A DNA stretch of 52,813 bases. Source: a virus. Its lineage: Duplodnaviria; Caudoviricetes. Shown here piece by piece: positions 35,944 to 45,711 of the stretch (the first letter of the stretch is position 1; every line of letters begins with the position of its first letter). A program made the translations under genes and the position numbers. The stretch is taken from positions 1 to 52,813 of IMG/VR virus record IMGVR_UViG_3300037502_004181; one strand, written 5' to 3'. The notes under the pieces are model-generated. The model was not told the DNA's origin. It searched no databases and worked only from the letters and a program-made list of their open reading frames with translations.

Positions 35944-36320
35944 GAAGCCCTCCCAAGATAAAACTGCTTGGCCACACCCTTGAGCCAGGTGTTTGCCTGA
36001 CGGCGGCGATCCGCGTTTTTGGTGGTCAGAAAAATTCGCTCATACTCAAGCGAAGCGTTGTGTCTAAGCTTTGGCGGCTCGGCTGGTATGTAGCTCATGG
36101 TTTTGAGGATCCAGTCTCTGTCAGAGCTATGCGCTCGGCCGTGGTAAAACCGTGGGTATTCAAGCCATGGTTCAGCAGGTGTCCCGATGCTTGGTGAATG
36201 CACAAACTCGGGTATTTCGAAATCATGTGCATCATTGGCCGCTGTTACAGATCCGCTGTTGGCAGCCTTCAAGAATTCAAATCCGTCAGGCGCATCTTCA
36301 GGCAATGGCTTAACCAGCAT
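35940..36320 (-). CDS. Hypothetical protein
   Basis: GGAGG RBS; RRRQANTWL motif. Confidence 0.55.
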   Translation of the reverse strand: MLVKPLPEDAPDGFEFLKAANSGSVTAANDAHDFEIPEFVHSPSIGTPAEPWLEYPRFYHGRAHSSDRDWILKTMSYIPAEPPKLRHNASLEYERIFLTTKNADRRRQANTWLKGVAKQFYLGRAS

Positions 36321-37041
36321 TCGACCTCCGATACTTGAATGACTCGCCACGGCCCTTGCTGCGCTGCTGCTGGCGTAACGCAGCCATGCGCTGTTCGATT
36401 GGAGTCAGCGGCCTGCTGCTGCTTGCCATGCGCTCAGATATTTTCTGCTCGATGAAATCCCGGGAGCTCGGCGCAGCGTTCTCGAGTAACGGCGTTGACA
36501 TGCTCGGGATCCGCTCACCACGTTGCACCTGGGCCGTTATTCGGACGAATGCCGACTTGAACAGAGCCAAAGCCTTGTCAGCGGGTAGCTGGTTGCGGCA
36601 AGCAAACTGCACTTCAAGTCGGGTGGCGTATTCGATATCGTCTGCCGGTTCCTGGCGGTTGATCATCCTCTGAAACGCTGAGGTGATCTGCTCATCGCTG
36701 ACGCCGACTCCGAGGCACCATTGAACTACCTGGCCGATTGATGGCCACCATGGGCGACTATCAGCCCTGGCCGCAGCCAGTCCTCGCTCAATCTGTTCAA
36801 TCGTGTTGATACCGTTCTCAACCATCGCCTGACGCATCTGCTGCTTCCAGCGTTGGACGTCTTCGGTTGTTGGCAGAGACTGCTTCCAAGCCGGGTAAAT
36901 CGAACGCAGCTGCTTGCCAAGTTCGCCAAGCACAGCTTCAACCCTGTCGTTATGAGTTGATTGACTTGCTTGCTGTCGCTTATCGGGAAACTGGTTAATC
37001 TGGGCCAATGCACCGGTCATTGCTTGCTGAATAGACTTCAT
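36310..37041 (-). CDS. Replication protein P-like helicase loader
   Basis: QLRSIYPAW, AMVENGINTIEQIERGLAAARA..PWWPSIGQVVQWC; ATGA-coupled to the initiator. Confidence 0.85.
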   Translation of the reverse strand: MKSIQQAMTGALAQINQFPDKRQQASQSTHNDRVEAVLGELGKQLRSIYPAWKQSLPTTEDVQRWKQQMRQAMVENGINTIEQIERGLAAARADSRPWWPSIGQVVQWCLGVGVSDEQITSAFQRMINRQEPADDIEYATRLEVQFACRNQLPADKALALFKSAFVRITAQVQRGERIPSMSTPLLENAAPSSRDFIEQKISERMASSSRPLTPIEQRMAALRQQQRSKGRGESFKYRRSNAG

Positions 37042-37898
37042 ACAACCTCCCCTTCGATGTAATTGGAGTTGTAACCGTAGCTGGGTACATCCCAATCGAT
37101 GTTGTCCGATCCTTGTGGCTTGCTGGCGCTTCCGCCCCTCTGAACAGGAGCGTTATTTTGTGATTTGCTTAGCCAGCGCGTGATGAACGCCTTGATCCCC
37201 GTTTTCGTCTTTCGGTTCTTCGGTCTGGCATCAAGCCAGGCATACATGCCTCGCAGTTCCTGCATGACATCAAGCGCTGGGTACAGCTCTTGATATTTCA
37301 AAAGGTCAGATTTGCTTACAGGATAAAAACCATCTTGATGCACAAGCGGTAATGAAATAACCGGTGGTTCTTTGGTGGTGGCGTCGAGATTTTTTATCTC
37401 GGCGCAAGATCTTTTATCTTTCTTTCCTATTCCCTGTTCCCCTTCCCCTTCCACTTGTGCACTTCCGTGACGCGTGGATGACGCGTCGCTTACGCGTGAT
37501 TTTTCTTCGTTATTAGTCTCTTTTTTTGCAACAGATTCAGTATGTTGAAAATCCCCGTCATCAGGTGAAGGCAACTCGCTTTCTCTTTCCCTGTTATTTA
37601 TGACTTGGTGACGCTTGAATGTTGGTATGCACCCGTAGTCGGAGCCGTCAACGCGATATTTAACTATCAATCCACGCGTGGCCAACGCGTCAAGCACGCG
37701 TGAAAAATCGTGGTTGTCGTATGGCAAAACATCGAGCTTAAGCTGTCTCGGGCGCCATTCGAACCTGCCTTCTCTGTCGCAGCAGCAGAACAACCCTATA
37801 AATGCGATCCTCAAAGGAAGTCCTGTCTCCTGCTCTGCTTCGAACAACAGTTCATGCCTGAAAAGCTCAGGCTTGACTGTGCGGATACGTGTAGACAT
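37038..37898 (-). CDS. Phage replication initiator (O position)
   Basis: RIRTVKPELF, CCDREGRF, YQELYPALDVMQEL, FITRWL; lies between cII and P. Confidence 0.8.
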   Translation of the reverse strand: MSTRIRTVKPELFRHELLFEAEQETGLPLRIAFIGLFCCCDREGRFEWRPRQLKLDVLPYDNHDFSRVLDALATRGLIVKYRVDGSDYGCIPTFKRHQVINNRERESELPSPDDGDFQHTESVAKKETNNEEKSRVSDASSTRHGSAQVEGEGEQGIGKKDKRSCAEIKNLDATTKEPPVISLPLVHQDGFYPVSKSDLLKYQELYPALDVMQELRGMYAWLDARPKNRKTKTGIKAFITRWLSKSQNNAPVQRGGSASKPQGSDNIDWDVPSYGYNSNYIEGEVV

Positions 37899-37946
37899 AA
37901 GCTGTAACTCCGTCGGCTACGCGTCGCTGACGCGTGGTTCACGCGT
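37470..37946. repeat. Three arrays of 3x ACGCGT at 11-bp period (candidate iterons)
   Basis: ACGCGT starts at 37470/37481/37492, 37674/37685/37696 and 37919/37930/37941. Confidence 0.85.
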
Positions 37947-38420
37947 GATACTTCTAACCTGAGTGCTAACCACTGCATCAAGTTTCAGCACTTCATTGAC
38001 CGTCTTTCTCAGTTCAACGCGGATTCGGTCATACTCGTCAGTTGTGATCACACCATCCGCCCGGGCGTCTTTAACCTTGGCCAAGGCGCTACCAAGCTGT
38101 GATGTCAGGCCGAGAAGTTGATCGCTAAGGTCTTCATCACAAGCCACTTCCTCAGGCAGCGGAACGAACACCCCGCCACGCTTTGCGCACCAGGCTTCCA
38201 GGATCCGGTTGTCGTCGGTGAGCTCTGTCAGAAAAACGGCATCACGCAGATAGAGAAAATTGGTTTCGTTGTCCGGGTTCAGCTTGTTTGCCAGAACGGC
38301 CGGCCGAATGTTCATCTTCTCGGCCAGCTCCCGCACACCATGCTCCAGGCCAACCACGTGGGCCGCATCTTCCGGCTCGATACATGAGGTCTTGCGGTGC
38401 TTTAATGTTTGTTTAAGCAT
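37917..38420 (-). CDS. Phage regulatory CII-family protein
   Basis: ELAEKMNIRPAVLANKLNP, LTELTDDNRIL, ADGVITTDE; follows cro. Confidence 0.8.
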   Translation of the reverse strand: MLKQTLKHRKTSCIEPEDAAHVVGLEHGVRELAEKMNIRPAVLANKLNPDNETNFLYLRDAVFLTELTDDNRILEAWCAKRGGVFVPLPEEVACDEDLSDQLLGLTSQLGSALAKVKDARADGVITTDEYDRIRVELRKTVNEVLKLDAVVSTQVRSITREPRVSDA

Positions 38421-38438
38421 GAGTTTCTGTATCCTGTT

Positions 38439-38693
38439 CTACGTGGCCATTTGGGCAGGAGTTTGCCCGGCAGTATTGGAGTCAACTGGATTAGGGAACA
38501 CATCCATGAAAGAGCAATTCGCGCCGAGTTGATTTAGCGCATTCACAATCTTCCAGCATTGGTTGAAGTCAGGGGTTCTTCGCCCTGTCTCGTAGTGATA
38601 TACCGTCGAAACATCAGTTCCGATTACCTTTGAGAGGTCTTTTACGGAGATTTCTGCTCCAACTCTTACTTGTCGTATTTGCTGCATTTTCAC
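38439..38693 (-). CDS. Cro-like HTH repressor
   Basis: STVYHYETGRRTP HTH, LGANCSFMDVFP; divergent from cI. Confidence 0.85.
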   Translation of the reverse strand: MKMQQIRQVRVGAEISVKDLSKVIGTDVSTVYHYETGRRTPDFNQCWKIVNALNQLGANCSFMDVFPNPVDSNTAGQTPAQMAT

Positions 38694-38716
38694 CTCTGCA
38701 TTTAGGGTTTATTGCA

Positions 38717-38793
38717 AATGTACATTATGTATATTGAAGACGCAACAAAATGTACATTCTGTTCGTTGATTGATTTTGTACATAACGTACATT
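38717..38793. promoter_or_regulatory. OR-like operators and divergent promoters
   Basis: 15-bp dyads TGTACATTATGTATA (38719), TGTACATTCTGTTCG (38751), TGTACATAACGTACA (38777); minus TTGCGT-17-TACATT; plus TTGATT-16-TACATT. Confidence 0.75.
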
Positions 38794-38800
38794 TTGAGGA

Positions 38801-39466
38801 ATGAAAATGAATTGGACTGACCTGGTTAAATACAGGATTAAAGAGCTGCGCATTACTCAGGAGAAGCTTGCCGAAATGGTTGATGTTACTCCTGGGGGGA
38901 TGGGCCATTGGCTAAATAGGCGTAGAGAACCGTCACTTGAGCAGATCGCGAAGATACTTAAGGCCGTAAAACTTGATGCTCTTACCTTGCATTCTGACGG
39001 TTCTCTTGAGTATCCAGATGAGGCATTGGCCAACGTGAAGCATACGCCGTCACCAATTGAATATCAGAACTCATTCCCAGTAATTAGTGCCGTTCAGGCC
39101 GGTATGTGGACTGAGGCAGTTGAGGTATGTCAGCCATCGATGTCTGATGAGTGGTATCAGACCACGGAACGCACAAGCGGAAAGTGTTTCTGGTTAAGAG
39201 TTCAGGGAGACTCAATGACATCACCATCCGGGATCAGCTTTCCTGAGGGAACATTGATTCTGGTAGATACTGAGAAAGACTATCAATCAGGATCATTCGT
39301 GGTGGCAAAACTCACCGATGTAAATGAGGCAACTTTCAAGAAGCTGGTTATCGATGCTGGTCAGCGCTTCCTCAAGCCACTAAACACCTCATACCCCACT
39401 CTACCAATCAATGGGAATTGCAAGATCATCGGCGTTGTGGTCGATGCCAAGATCAAGATTTTTTAA
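38801..39466 (+). CDS. cI: CI repressor (HTH + S24 autoprotease)
   Basis: HWLNRRREP HTH, VQAG cleavage site, GDSM serine, ATFKKL lysine. Confidence 0.93.
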   Translation: MKMNWTDLVKYRIKELRITQEKLAEMVDVTPGGMGHWLNRRREPSLEQIAKILKAVKLDALTLHSDGSLEYPDEALANVKHTPSPIEYQNSFPVISAVQAGMWTEAVEVCQPSMSDEWYQTTERTSGKCFWLRVQGDSMTSPSGISFPEGTLILVDTEKDYQSGSFVVAKLTDVNEATFKKLVIDAGQRFLKPLNTSYPTLPINGNCKIIGVVVDAKIKIF

Positions 39467-39480
39467 GCAAAGGAGAGATC

Positions 39481-40014
39481 GTGTCTGCTGGGTTGAATAA
39501 GTTCGACAGGGAATTGCAGTTAGCAATATTGAAGGTAAGTACCGCTAAATATCCATGCACTACGGAGCCATCAGACTTCAATAAAACCGAAGTTGCTAGA
39601 TCATCTAGCGACGTGGACAAACTATTAGCCAATGTGCTGTATCTTGAAGAGCATGGTCTCATCAAGATTGAGCACCACATTAGGGGCTCTATAAGCGCCA
39701 TGAAAGAAAATCTCCGAATTCTTTCAAGCATCTCAGCGACTAAAGACGGCATAGATTTTATGCTTCAAGACGGAGGTTTGAGTGCAATACTCAAAGTGAC
39801 AACCATCAAATTGCATGACGACACACTTAGCCTTCTAACCGAATTCATAAACAAGCATGTTGAAAGCCAAGAAGATAAGCAGAAATTTTTCTCTCGGATT
39901 CGAGAGCTGCCTTACGAGTCGACAAAACACATCGCGCTTCAACTGGTGAGCAAGGGGCTTGATCAGATGCCGAACGCAGTTCAGTGGCTAAAAACAATGA
40001 TTCATTTGGCCTGA
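39481..40014 (+). CDS. Hypothetical protein co-oriented with cI
   Basis: AAGGAG RBS then GTG 39481; winged-helix-like ANVLYLEEHGLI...ATKDGIDF. Confidence 0.7.
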   Translation: MSAGLNKFDRELQLAILKVSTAKYPCTTEPSDFNKTEVARSSSDVDKLLANVLYLEEHGLIKIEHHIRGSISAMKENLRILSSISATKDGIDFMLQDGGLSAILKVTTIKLHDDTLSLLTEFINKHVESQEDKQKFFSRIRELPYESTKHIALQLVSKGLDQMPNAVQWLKTMIHLA

Positions 40015-40205
40015 GTCTTTCAAACTTAATCCAGCCCAAGCTGCTAGACAGCTTTAGCCAAAATGAGTCTTCTTTAGCGGCCGATTCAATGGTAACTGTG
40101 TCATTTATAAAAATAAGTGAGTCGATTTTCATACCCTACCCCCGTTTTTCTCTTATTCGTGATTATATTTGATGACAATTTAATTGTGTACAATCATTTA
40201 CACCT

Positions 40206-40290
40206 AACCCGCTTCGGCGGGTTTTCTTTTGCCTGATCCCCACCACTTAGCCACCAATACAAGCCCGCTAGTTCGCGGGCTTTTTTGTGC
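40206..40290. terminator. Two tandem intrinsic terminators after the cI operon
   Basis: aacccgc-ttcg-gcgggtttt and aagcccgc-tagttc-gcgggcttttt. Confidence 0.75.
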
Positions 40291-40304
40291 CCGCCTAAAA
40301 TAAA

Positions 40305-40380
40305 TGTACATTTTGTATTGACAGTAAAATATACGTATCGTACATTTACCACATCGGCAGAACGCCACGCTCTTTAACAA
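40305..40380 (+). promoter_or_regulatory. pL-like promoter with OL operators and boxA
   Basis: TTGACA(40318)-17-TACATT; operators TGTACATTTTGTATT (40305) and TATACGTATCGTACA (40330); cgctctttaacaa boxA at 40368. Confidence 0.8.
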
Positions 40381-40698
40381 TCAGCCCCATGAACGACTAA
40401 CCTTGGCACCCTCACGAATGAGGGAACCAAACTAGGTCACTCCGAGGAACACGCAGCGGAGGACAGAAATCTGCGTAAATAGACTTGTGCGCCTCTTGCG
40501 GCGACCGGGTATCAGATTGCTCAGATAGGCAAACAACGGCCGGAAAAACCGGCTGGCTGATAAGGATCTTGAGTCCGCCCTGAGAGCACGACCCGCAACG
40601 CGCACAACCCCGCCCAGTTCCGGCGGTGAGGTAGGAACAGGTTCTACAGCTGGCTCTTGCGAGAGTCAGCGATAAAGCCAACTGATAGGAGGGCTCCA

Positions 40699-41070
40699 AT
40701 GGCTAAACGTGATGTAAAAATCAAGCCGGAGCAGTGGGACATACAGTCTGAACTTATTTTTGAGGTTGATGATGAAAAGTTCACTGAGACTCTTGCTGAT
40801 GAAATACACAGCTTCTTGGGCGGTAGTGAATCCAGAGTTGAAGATTCTGGAGGTTCAGTAATAGATGCTGCTTTGAGATTGTACGCATGCGAATGTTTTC
40901 GGTTAGTGGCTTTCAACAACTTCATGGATGAATACTATGTGACTGAGAAGTTCAACTTGTCATCAGGACATGGCGTAGAAGGTTTTAGCAGCTTCGAAGA
41001 AGCCAGGTTGAAGCGGAAGGAAATTGAATACTGGCATATCGAATTTGATCATGTAGAAATCTCTAAGTAA
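40699..41070 (+). CDS. Hypothetical early protein (acidic)
   Basis: AGGAGG RBS before ATG 40699. Confidence 0.65.
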   Translation: MAKRDVKIKPEQWDIQSELIFEVDDEKFTETLADEIHSFLGGSESRVEDSGGSVIDAALRLYACECFRLVAFNNFMDEYYVTEKFNLSSGHGVEGFSSFEEARLKRKEIEYWHIEFDHVEISK

Positions 41071-41564
41071 TACAGTGCCCCTGGAAACAGGGCGCATTGG
41101 GAAGGTGGGTCAAGGATGTAACGCGAGAAGCGCCCTAGGGTAATGTACTCGGCCAGTGTGATATAGAGCCACCTTCGCCAATGCGATGACAGATAGCGCT
41201 GTAAGTTGGCGAATCTCTTAATAGTCGCGCAAGCCGCTAAACAACTTACCATCGCATTACCGGGTGACGCGGTTAACGGTCTGGTATTCGCGGAGTAACG
41301 AGGCGGCGCCGTGAATGCCGATACCGCCTAGAGCTCAAACTGTGAAAGCAGGTTCAAGCTCCACGCAGGCTGGAAGGTCTGCAACTCCCACACTGTATGG
41401 CACATGCAGGCCGCAGAAGTACCGAGCTGTTCCACCAAGCGGTGAGGACTTTTGACCACGGTGAATGTGCAAGCCAAGACTCCGCATAGCACTGGTAGCT
41501 GCGCCAGTGGCGACAGAGCAGCACCATTCTCTTTTAAACCCATCAGACAACACAGGAGAGCACT

Positions 41565-41948
41565 ATGGACGCTCGATTTACCGTACCCGAAAAACGCCTG
41601 CTGCACGCGCTGAAAATAGCGATCCTCAGCTGCCCACCTGGCGCGCTGATGGATTACGCAGCAGTGAAAAATTGCATGAGCTCATTTGAGACTCATTATC
41701 TCACCGGCAACCCAAGCCGAGCATTCCAGCGCACGTTCTGCGACTTCACCGGCTTCATAGTTCACAAAGACGAGCGCATCGCAACGCTGCGGATTAACTA
41801 TCTCGGTCATGCCAAGGTCATGCGCCAGCAGCGGATTGAAGCTGCTTTCGAGCTTACACGCGTTGACCGGCGCCAAGCGTACATTCAGCGACGGATGATG
41901 AGCGCTGATAGGCCGGAAATTCAATTTCAGGAGGTAGCGACATGTTAG
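41565..41948 (+). CDS. Hypothetical early protein
   Basis: AGGAG RBS; part of an overlapping gene chain. Confidence 0.6.
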   Translation: MDARFTVPEKRLLHALKIAILSCPPGALMDYAAVKNCMSSFETHYLTGNPSRAFQRTFCDFTGFIVHKDERIATLRINYLGHAKVMRQQRIEAAFELTRVDRRQAYIQRRMMSADRPEIQFQEVATC

Positions 41949-42262
41949 GTAATCAAGATGAAGCTAGCAGCGCAAGCAAATTTAGATGCTCAAAATGTTC
42001 AAAGTTCAAACTCCCAGACCCTACGTCTTTTTCTGTTGGTGACAGAGTCAAGTTTATGAGAATCAAGCACGGAGCTAGAAATAGCAGCTTCAGTTCCGTG
42101 TCTGGAAGAATTGTAGCGCTTGATGGTGATGATGCTGTTTTAGTTCGAGTTCGCGGTAAAGATACAAGGGTTTTGCGAACAGGTATCACCCATGAAAATC
42201 AACCAAGCCCTGTAAGTTACGCATTCATTGGAACATGCACCTGCGGAGGTGAATCATGTTAG
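41942..42262 (+). CDS. Hypothetical protein (CxxC, SH3-like)
   Basis: AGGAGG RBS; FSVGDRVKF. Confidence 0.6.
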   Translation: MLGNQDEASSASKFRCSKCSKFKLPDPTSFSVGDRVKFMRIKHGARNSSFSSVSGRIVALDGDDAVLVRVRGKDTRVLRTGITHENQPSPVSYAFIGTCTCGGESC

Positions 42263-42585
42263 TCGATGCAAATGCCGCCAGTGATTATCTGACTGACATG
42301 CTGGCCAGCGCCTCTGCAAACGATTCCCTGGAGCAAGAGGCTATTGACGCAAAGGCCGAGTGGATAGCGCGGGCCATTGCGAACGGCGGTGAGGTTGAAG
42401 GTCACGACATAGAAACCGTGCTTGAGACAGTGCTGCCTGAGCCCAAAGCGCTTGAGGCTCTAGCCCAGGTTTTCACGATTGATGATGCGCGCGAGTTCAA
42501 AGCGTTGGTTCAGGTCGAAATTGACCGTGTTGCACATGTGATAGCACCCGACCTTGTGCGCGCAGAACGTGAAGGAGGTTTTTGA
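42256..42585 (+). CDS. Hypothetical protein
   Basis: GGAGG RBS. Confidence 0.6.
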   Translation: MLVDANAASDYLTDMLASASANDSLEQEAIDAKAEWIARAIANGGEVEGHDIETVLETVLPEPKALEALAQVFTIDDAREFKALVQVEIDRVAHVIAPDLVRAEREGGF

Positions 42586-42836
42586 TGAAAAACGCAGACA
42601 TGCCAGCAATGCCAGCAGAGTACGATCATAACAAGGAATCGACAGGCAATATTGAGCAGTACACTGGACTCATGAAGCGTGAGGCTTTTGCCATGGCAGC
42701 ATTGCAGGGGCTTTCTGGGGCGCATAACCATGACGGAGAGTGGAGTCACGATTCAAAACTTGTAGCTGGAGTAGCTGTGGAATACGCAGACGCACTACTG
42801 GAAGAACTGGAGCGAACATCATGCAATTCAAACTGA
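42582..42836 (+). CDS. Conserved phage hypothetical protein
   Basis: GLMKREAFAMAALQG...AVEYADALL motif. Confidence 0.65.
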   Translation: MMKNADMPAMPAEYDHNKESTGNIEQYTGLMKREAFAMAALQGLSGAHNHDGEWSHDSKLVAGVAVEYADALLEELERTSCNSN

Positions 42837-44050
42837 CATTTGAACCCATGGCCGCGGCAAGAAAAGCTCGTGGCCTGGTCTCTATCAGCTACATAGTTGA
42901 AGCTGATACTCGAGTAAAAGCCGAGTTAATTGCCGTTGAAAATCTGGAGTCTGAGGGTTACGTCCGCACCGACTTCAAGCGCGCAATCAAGTGCACTGAA
43001 GTCGCGCCGGAACCTGCACCAGAGCCAGAGCCTGATGAAACTGAGCTGCCAGCTGCCGCAGTAGCTGACAAGAGTGATTCAAATCAGGAAGCGGCCAATG
43101 ATACCTGGGATAGCTGGGATGACTTTGATCTTGCGCCAATAGCCAATGCCGCTCCGGTTTGGACCATCGAAAGCCTCAACGCCAGGCTGGAGCAACTGAG
43201 GCCAGGTGAAATCCTGATAATCGACAACCTCAGTGACGAGATTTATCACGGCTCAATTGGCGTTAGCTGCAGCAAGATAAAGCTGTTTTTGGAATGCCCT
43301 CAGAAATATCACGCCAAGTACAACCTGGGTATCTGCCGTGAAACTGAAAAAGCGTACTTCGACTTTGGCAAGGCTGCGCACTGCGCACTGCTAGAGCCAT
43401 GGCGTCTAAATGAGTTTTTTATCCGCCAACCGGATGAAATCAAGGTGCGCAATGGCAACAAGTGGGCCGAATGCAAAGCAGCTGCTGAAGCTGCCGGGCA
43501 AACGGTTCTGACAGCTAACCAATGGGATGATGTGCAAATTATCCTCAATGCAGAAAAGCCGAAGGCGCTGCGCGAGCTGATCACAGGTGGCATTTGTGAG
43601 CGCAGCATCTTTAAGCGCGATGAAGAAACCGGCCTGATTATCAAGTGCCGCCCTGACTACACGATTGGCCGTCTTATAACTGACCTTAAAACATGTGCTG
43701 ATGGCGAGCCAAGCACATTCAGTCGCAATGCTAAAAAGCTGGGCTACCACATTCAGGATGCCATGTACTCCGATATTGCTGGCGCTGAAATGTTCGTTTT
43801 CCTTGCTATTGAATCAAGCAGTCCATTCGTTGTGACGGCACCAATAGTGATGGATGCAGACGCCAAGCGCCTTGGATATCTTCAGTACCGCAAAGGCCTG
43901 CGCGGGATCAAGCAATGTATTGATACCGGGGTCTGGCCACCGTACACCACAGACCACGTAAGCGTCAGCCTCAGCCAGTGGGAAAAGCAGCAGCTTGAGT
44001 ACCTCGAAGCTGAATTAATGAATCTCGAACATAAGGACGATGCAGCATGA
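42821..44050 (+). CDS. RecE/exonuclease VIII-like PD-(D/E)XK nuclease
   Basis: YH...VSCSKIK, FGKAAHCALLEP, KCRPD, DLKT, YHIQDAMY. Confidence 0.85.
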   Translation: MQFKLTFEPMAAARKARGLVSISYIVEADTRVKAELIAVENLESEGYVRTDFKRAIKCTEVAPEPAPEPEPDETELPAAAVADKSDSNQEAANDTWDSWDDFDLAPIANAAPVWTIESLNARLEQLRPGEILIIDNLSDEIYHGSIGVSCSKIKLFLECPQKYHAKYNLGICRETEKAYFDFGKAAHCALLEPWRLNEFFIRQPDEIKVRNGNKWAECKAAAEAAGQTVLTANQWDDVQIILNAEKPKALRELITGGICERSIFKRDEETGLIIKCRPDYTIGRLITDLKTCADGEPSTFSRNAKKLGYHIQDAMYSDIAGAEMFVFLAIESSSPFVVTAPIVMDADAKRLGYLQYRKGLRGIKQCIDTGVWPPYTTDHVSVSLSQWEKQQLEYLEAELMNLEHKDDAA

Positions 44051-44976
44051 ACGCATTTAACCACCCGACGCAGCCAAGCAGTATCAGCAATCAAACTCAT
44101 ATGAATGGTGCAGCCAAAGCGCCAACAGTGCAGCCTGCTCGCTTCCTGACACCAAGCAATTATCAGGAGGCATGGCAGATTTCAGAAATGCTGGCTCAAT
44201 CTGAAATGGTACCAAAGGACTATCGTGGTAAACCTGCGAATATCTTGATTGCCATGGCAATGGGTTCTGAGCTTGGATTTCAGCCACTTCAGTCGATTCA
44301 AAACATTGCAGTCATCAACGGCCGCCCATCTGTTTGGGGTGATGCGTTCCGCGCCATGATTGTTGGCTCACCGGATCTGGTGGACTTAAAAGAGTGGTTT
44401 GATGAAAACACACGCACTGCTCACTGTCATATCAAACGCCGCCTTAGTTCTGGCACCGTAGCGGAGTTCAACGGAGCATTCAGCGAACAGGATGCAAAAA
44501 CTGCCAATCTTTGGGGAAAGCAAGGCCCATGGACGCAATACCCACGGAGACAGCAGCAATGGCGAGCCCTGGGTTTTGCAGGTCGTGATGCTTACGCTGA
44601 CAGACTGCGCGGCATTTGGATTGACGCCGAAGCGCAAGACTTGCCGCCTGAAAAGGAGATTAACCCCAAAGAGTTTGCAAAAGACACCAGCATTCGCTGT
44701 GCTCTCGAAGAAGCAAAGCGGGTTATCCCGGAAGAAACTGAAGCTGTATCTGAGCAGGCACCATCGTTAGACAAGTTTCAAGAACTGTGTCTAGCAGTAC
44801 GTGACTGCACAGACATGGAGTCACTCACTGAAGTAAAAGAAGCTGCAATTAAGGCTGGAAATAACGGCGAATTTAACAAGGAGCAAGGTGAACAGCTCAA
44901 GAAAGCGCTAAATAGCCAGCGGTTAAAAATAACAGCTCCGGTCGACACCGAAACAGGCGAAGTAGCGACAGCATAA
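44047..44976 (+). CDS. RecT-like single-strand annealing recombinase
   Basis: VPKDYRGKPANIL, IAVINGRPSVWGD, LWGKQGPWTQYPRR; paired with the exonuclease. Confidence 0.8.
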   Translation: MNAFNHPTQPSSISNQTHMNGAAKAPTVQPARFLTPSNYQEAWQISEMLAQSEMVPKDYRGKPANILIAMAMGSELGFQPLQSIQNIAVINGRPSVWGDAFRAMIVGSPDLVDLKEWFDENTRTAHCHIKRRLSSGTVAEFNGAFSEQDAKTANLWGKQGPWTQYPRRQQQWRALGFAGRDAYADRLRGIWIDAEAQDLPPEKEINPKEFAKDTSIRCALEEAKRVIPEETEAVSEQAPSLDKFQELCLAVRDCTDMESLTEVKEAAIKAGNNGEFNKEQGEQLKKALNSQRLKITAPVDTETGEVATA

Positions 44977-45022
44977 CCTCTACCCATATAGCCAGGCGTA
45001 TGTCGGGCCACAAGGATCACCA

Positions 45023-45595
45023 ATGAAAATCGCATTCTTAGACACAGAAACCACGGGTCTTCCAGATTGGAAGTCACCAAGCGACGCAGAACACCAGCCG
45101 CACCTTGTACAGTTGGCCTGCATTCTAGCCGATGACCAAACAGGCGAAACGCTCGAGAAGTTTGAAGTGATAGTGAAGCCTGACGGCTGGATCATCCCTG
45201 ACGAAGTTGCTGCTATCCACGGTATTACCACTGAGCGAGCTCTCGCCGAAGGCGTCCCGGAACGCGATGCGCTGGACAAACTGCTTGAACTGGTGAGCAA
45301 AGCGGATAAGCGCGGCGCCCACAACAAGACATTCGATCAACGCATTATTCGCATTGGGCTCAAGCGTTACGGCTACAGCGAAGAAGTCCAAGAAGCCTGG
45401 GCGCAGAAGGACGACTTTGAATGCACCATGCGCCTTTTTCAGAAGAAGTTTGGAGGCAAAAGTACTGCGTTGTCCAAGTGCTTTGAACAGCTGACCGGAA
45501 AGACGCTGGAAGATGCGCACACCGCCATGGCTGACACCAAGGCGTGTATGGAAGTTTACTTTTCACTTAACGACAACCAAGGCACCCCAGCCTAA
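45023..45595 (+). CDS. DEDDh 3'-5' exonuclease
   Basis: FLDTETTG, IHGIT, AHNKTFD, AHTAMAD. Confidence 0.9.
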   Translation: MKIAFLDTETTGLPDWKSPSDAEHQPHLVQLACILADDQTGETLEKFEVIVKPDGWIIPDEVAAIHGITTERALAEGVPERDALDKLLELVSKADKRGAHNKTFDQRIIRIGLKRYGYSEEVQEAWAQKDDFECTMRLFQKKFGGKSTALSKCFEQLTGKTLEDAHTAMADTKACMEVYFSLNDNQGTPA

Positions 45596-45711
45596 CCCAC
45601 CACAAGCCCGGCTCTTGGCCGGGCGACACCTCACAACAACTGCATATCAGAGTGCGCTCACAATCGAGTGCGCTGCGCTATGTATTTGTCTATTGCAGCA
45701 AGGAGCAATCA

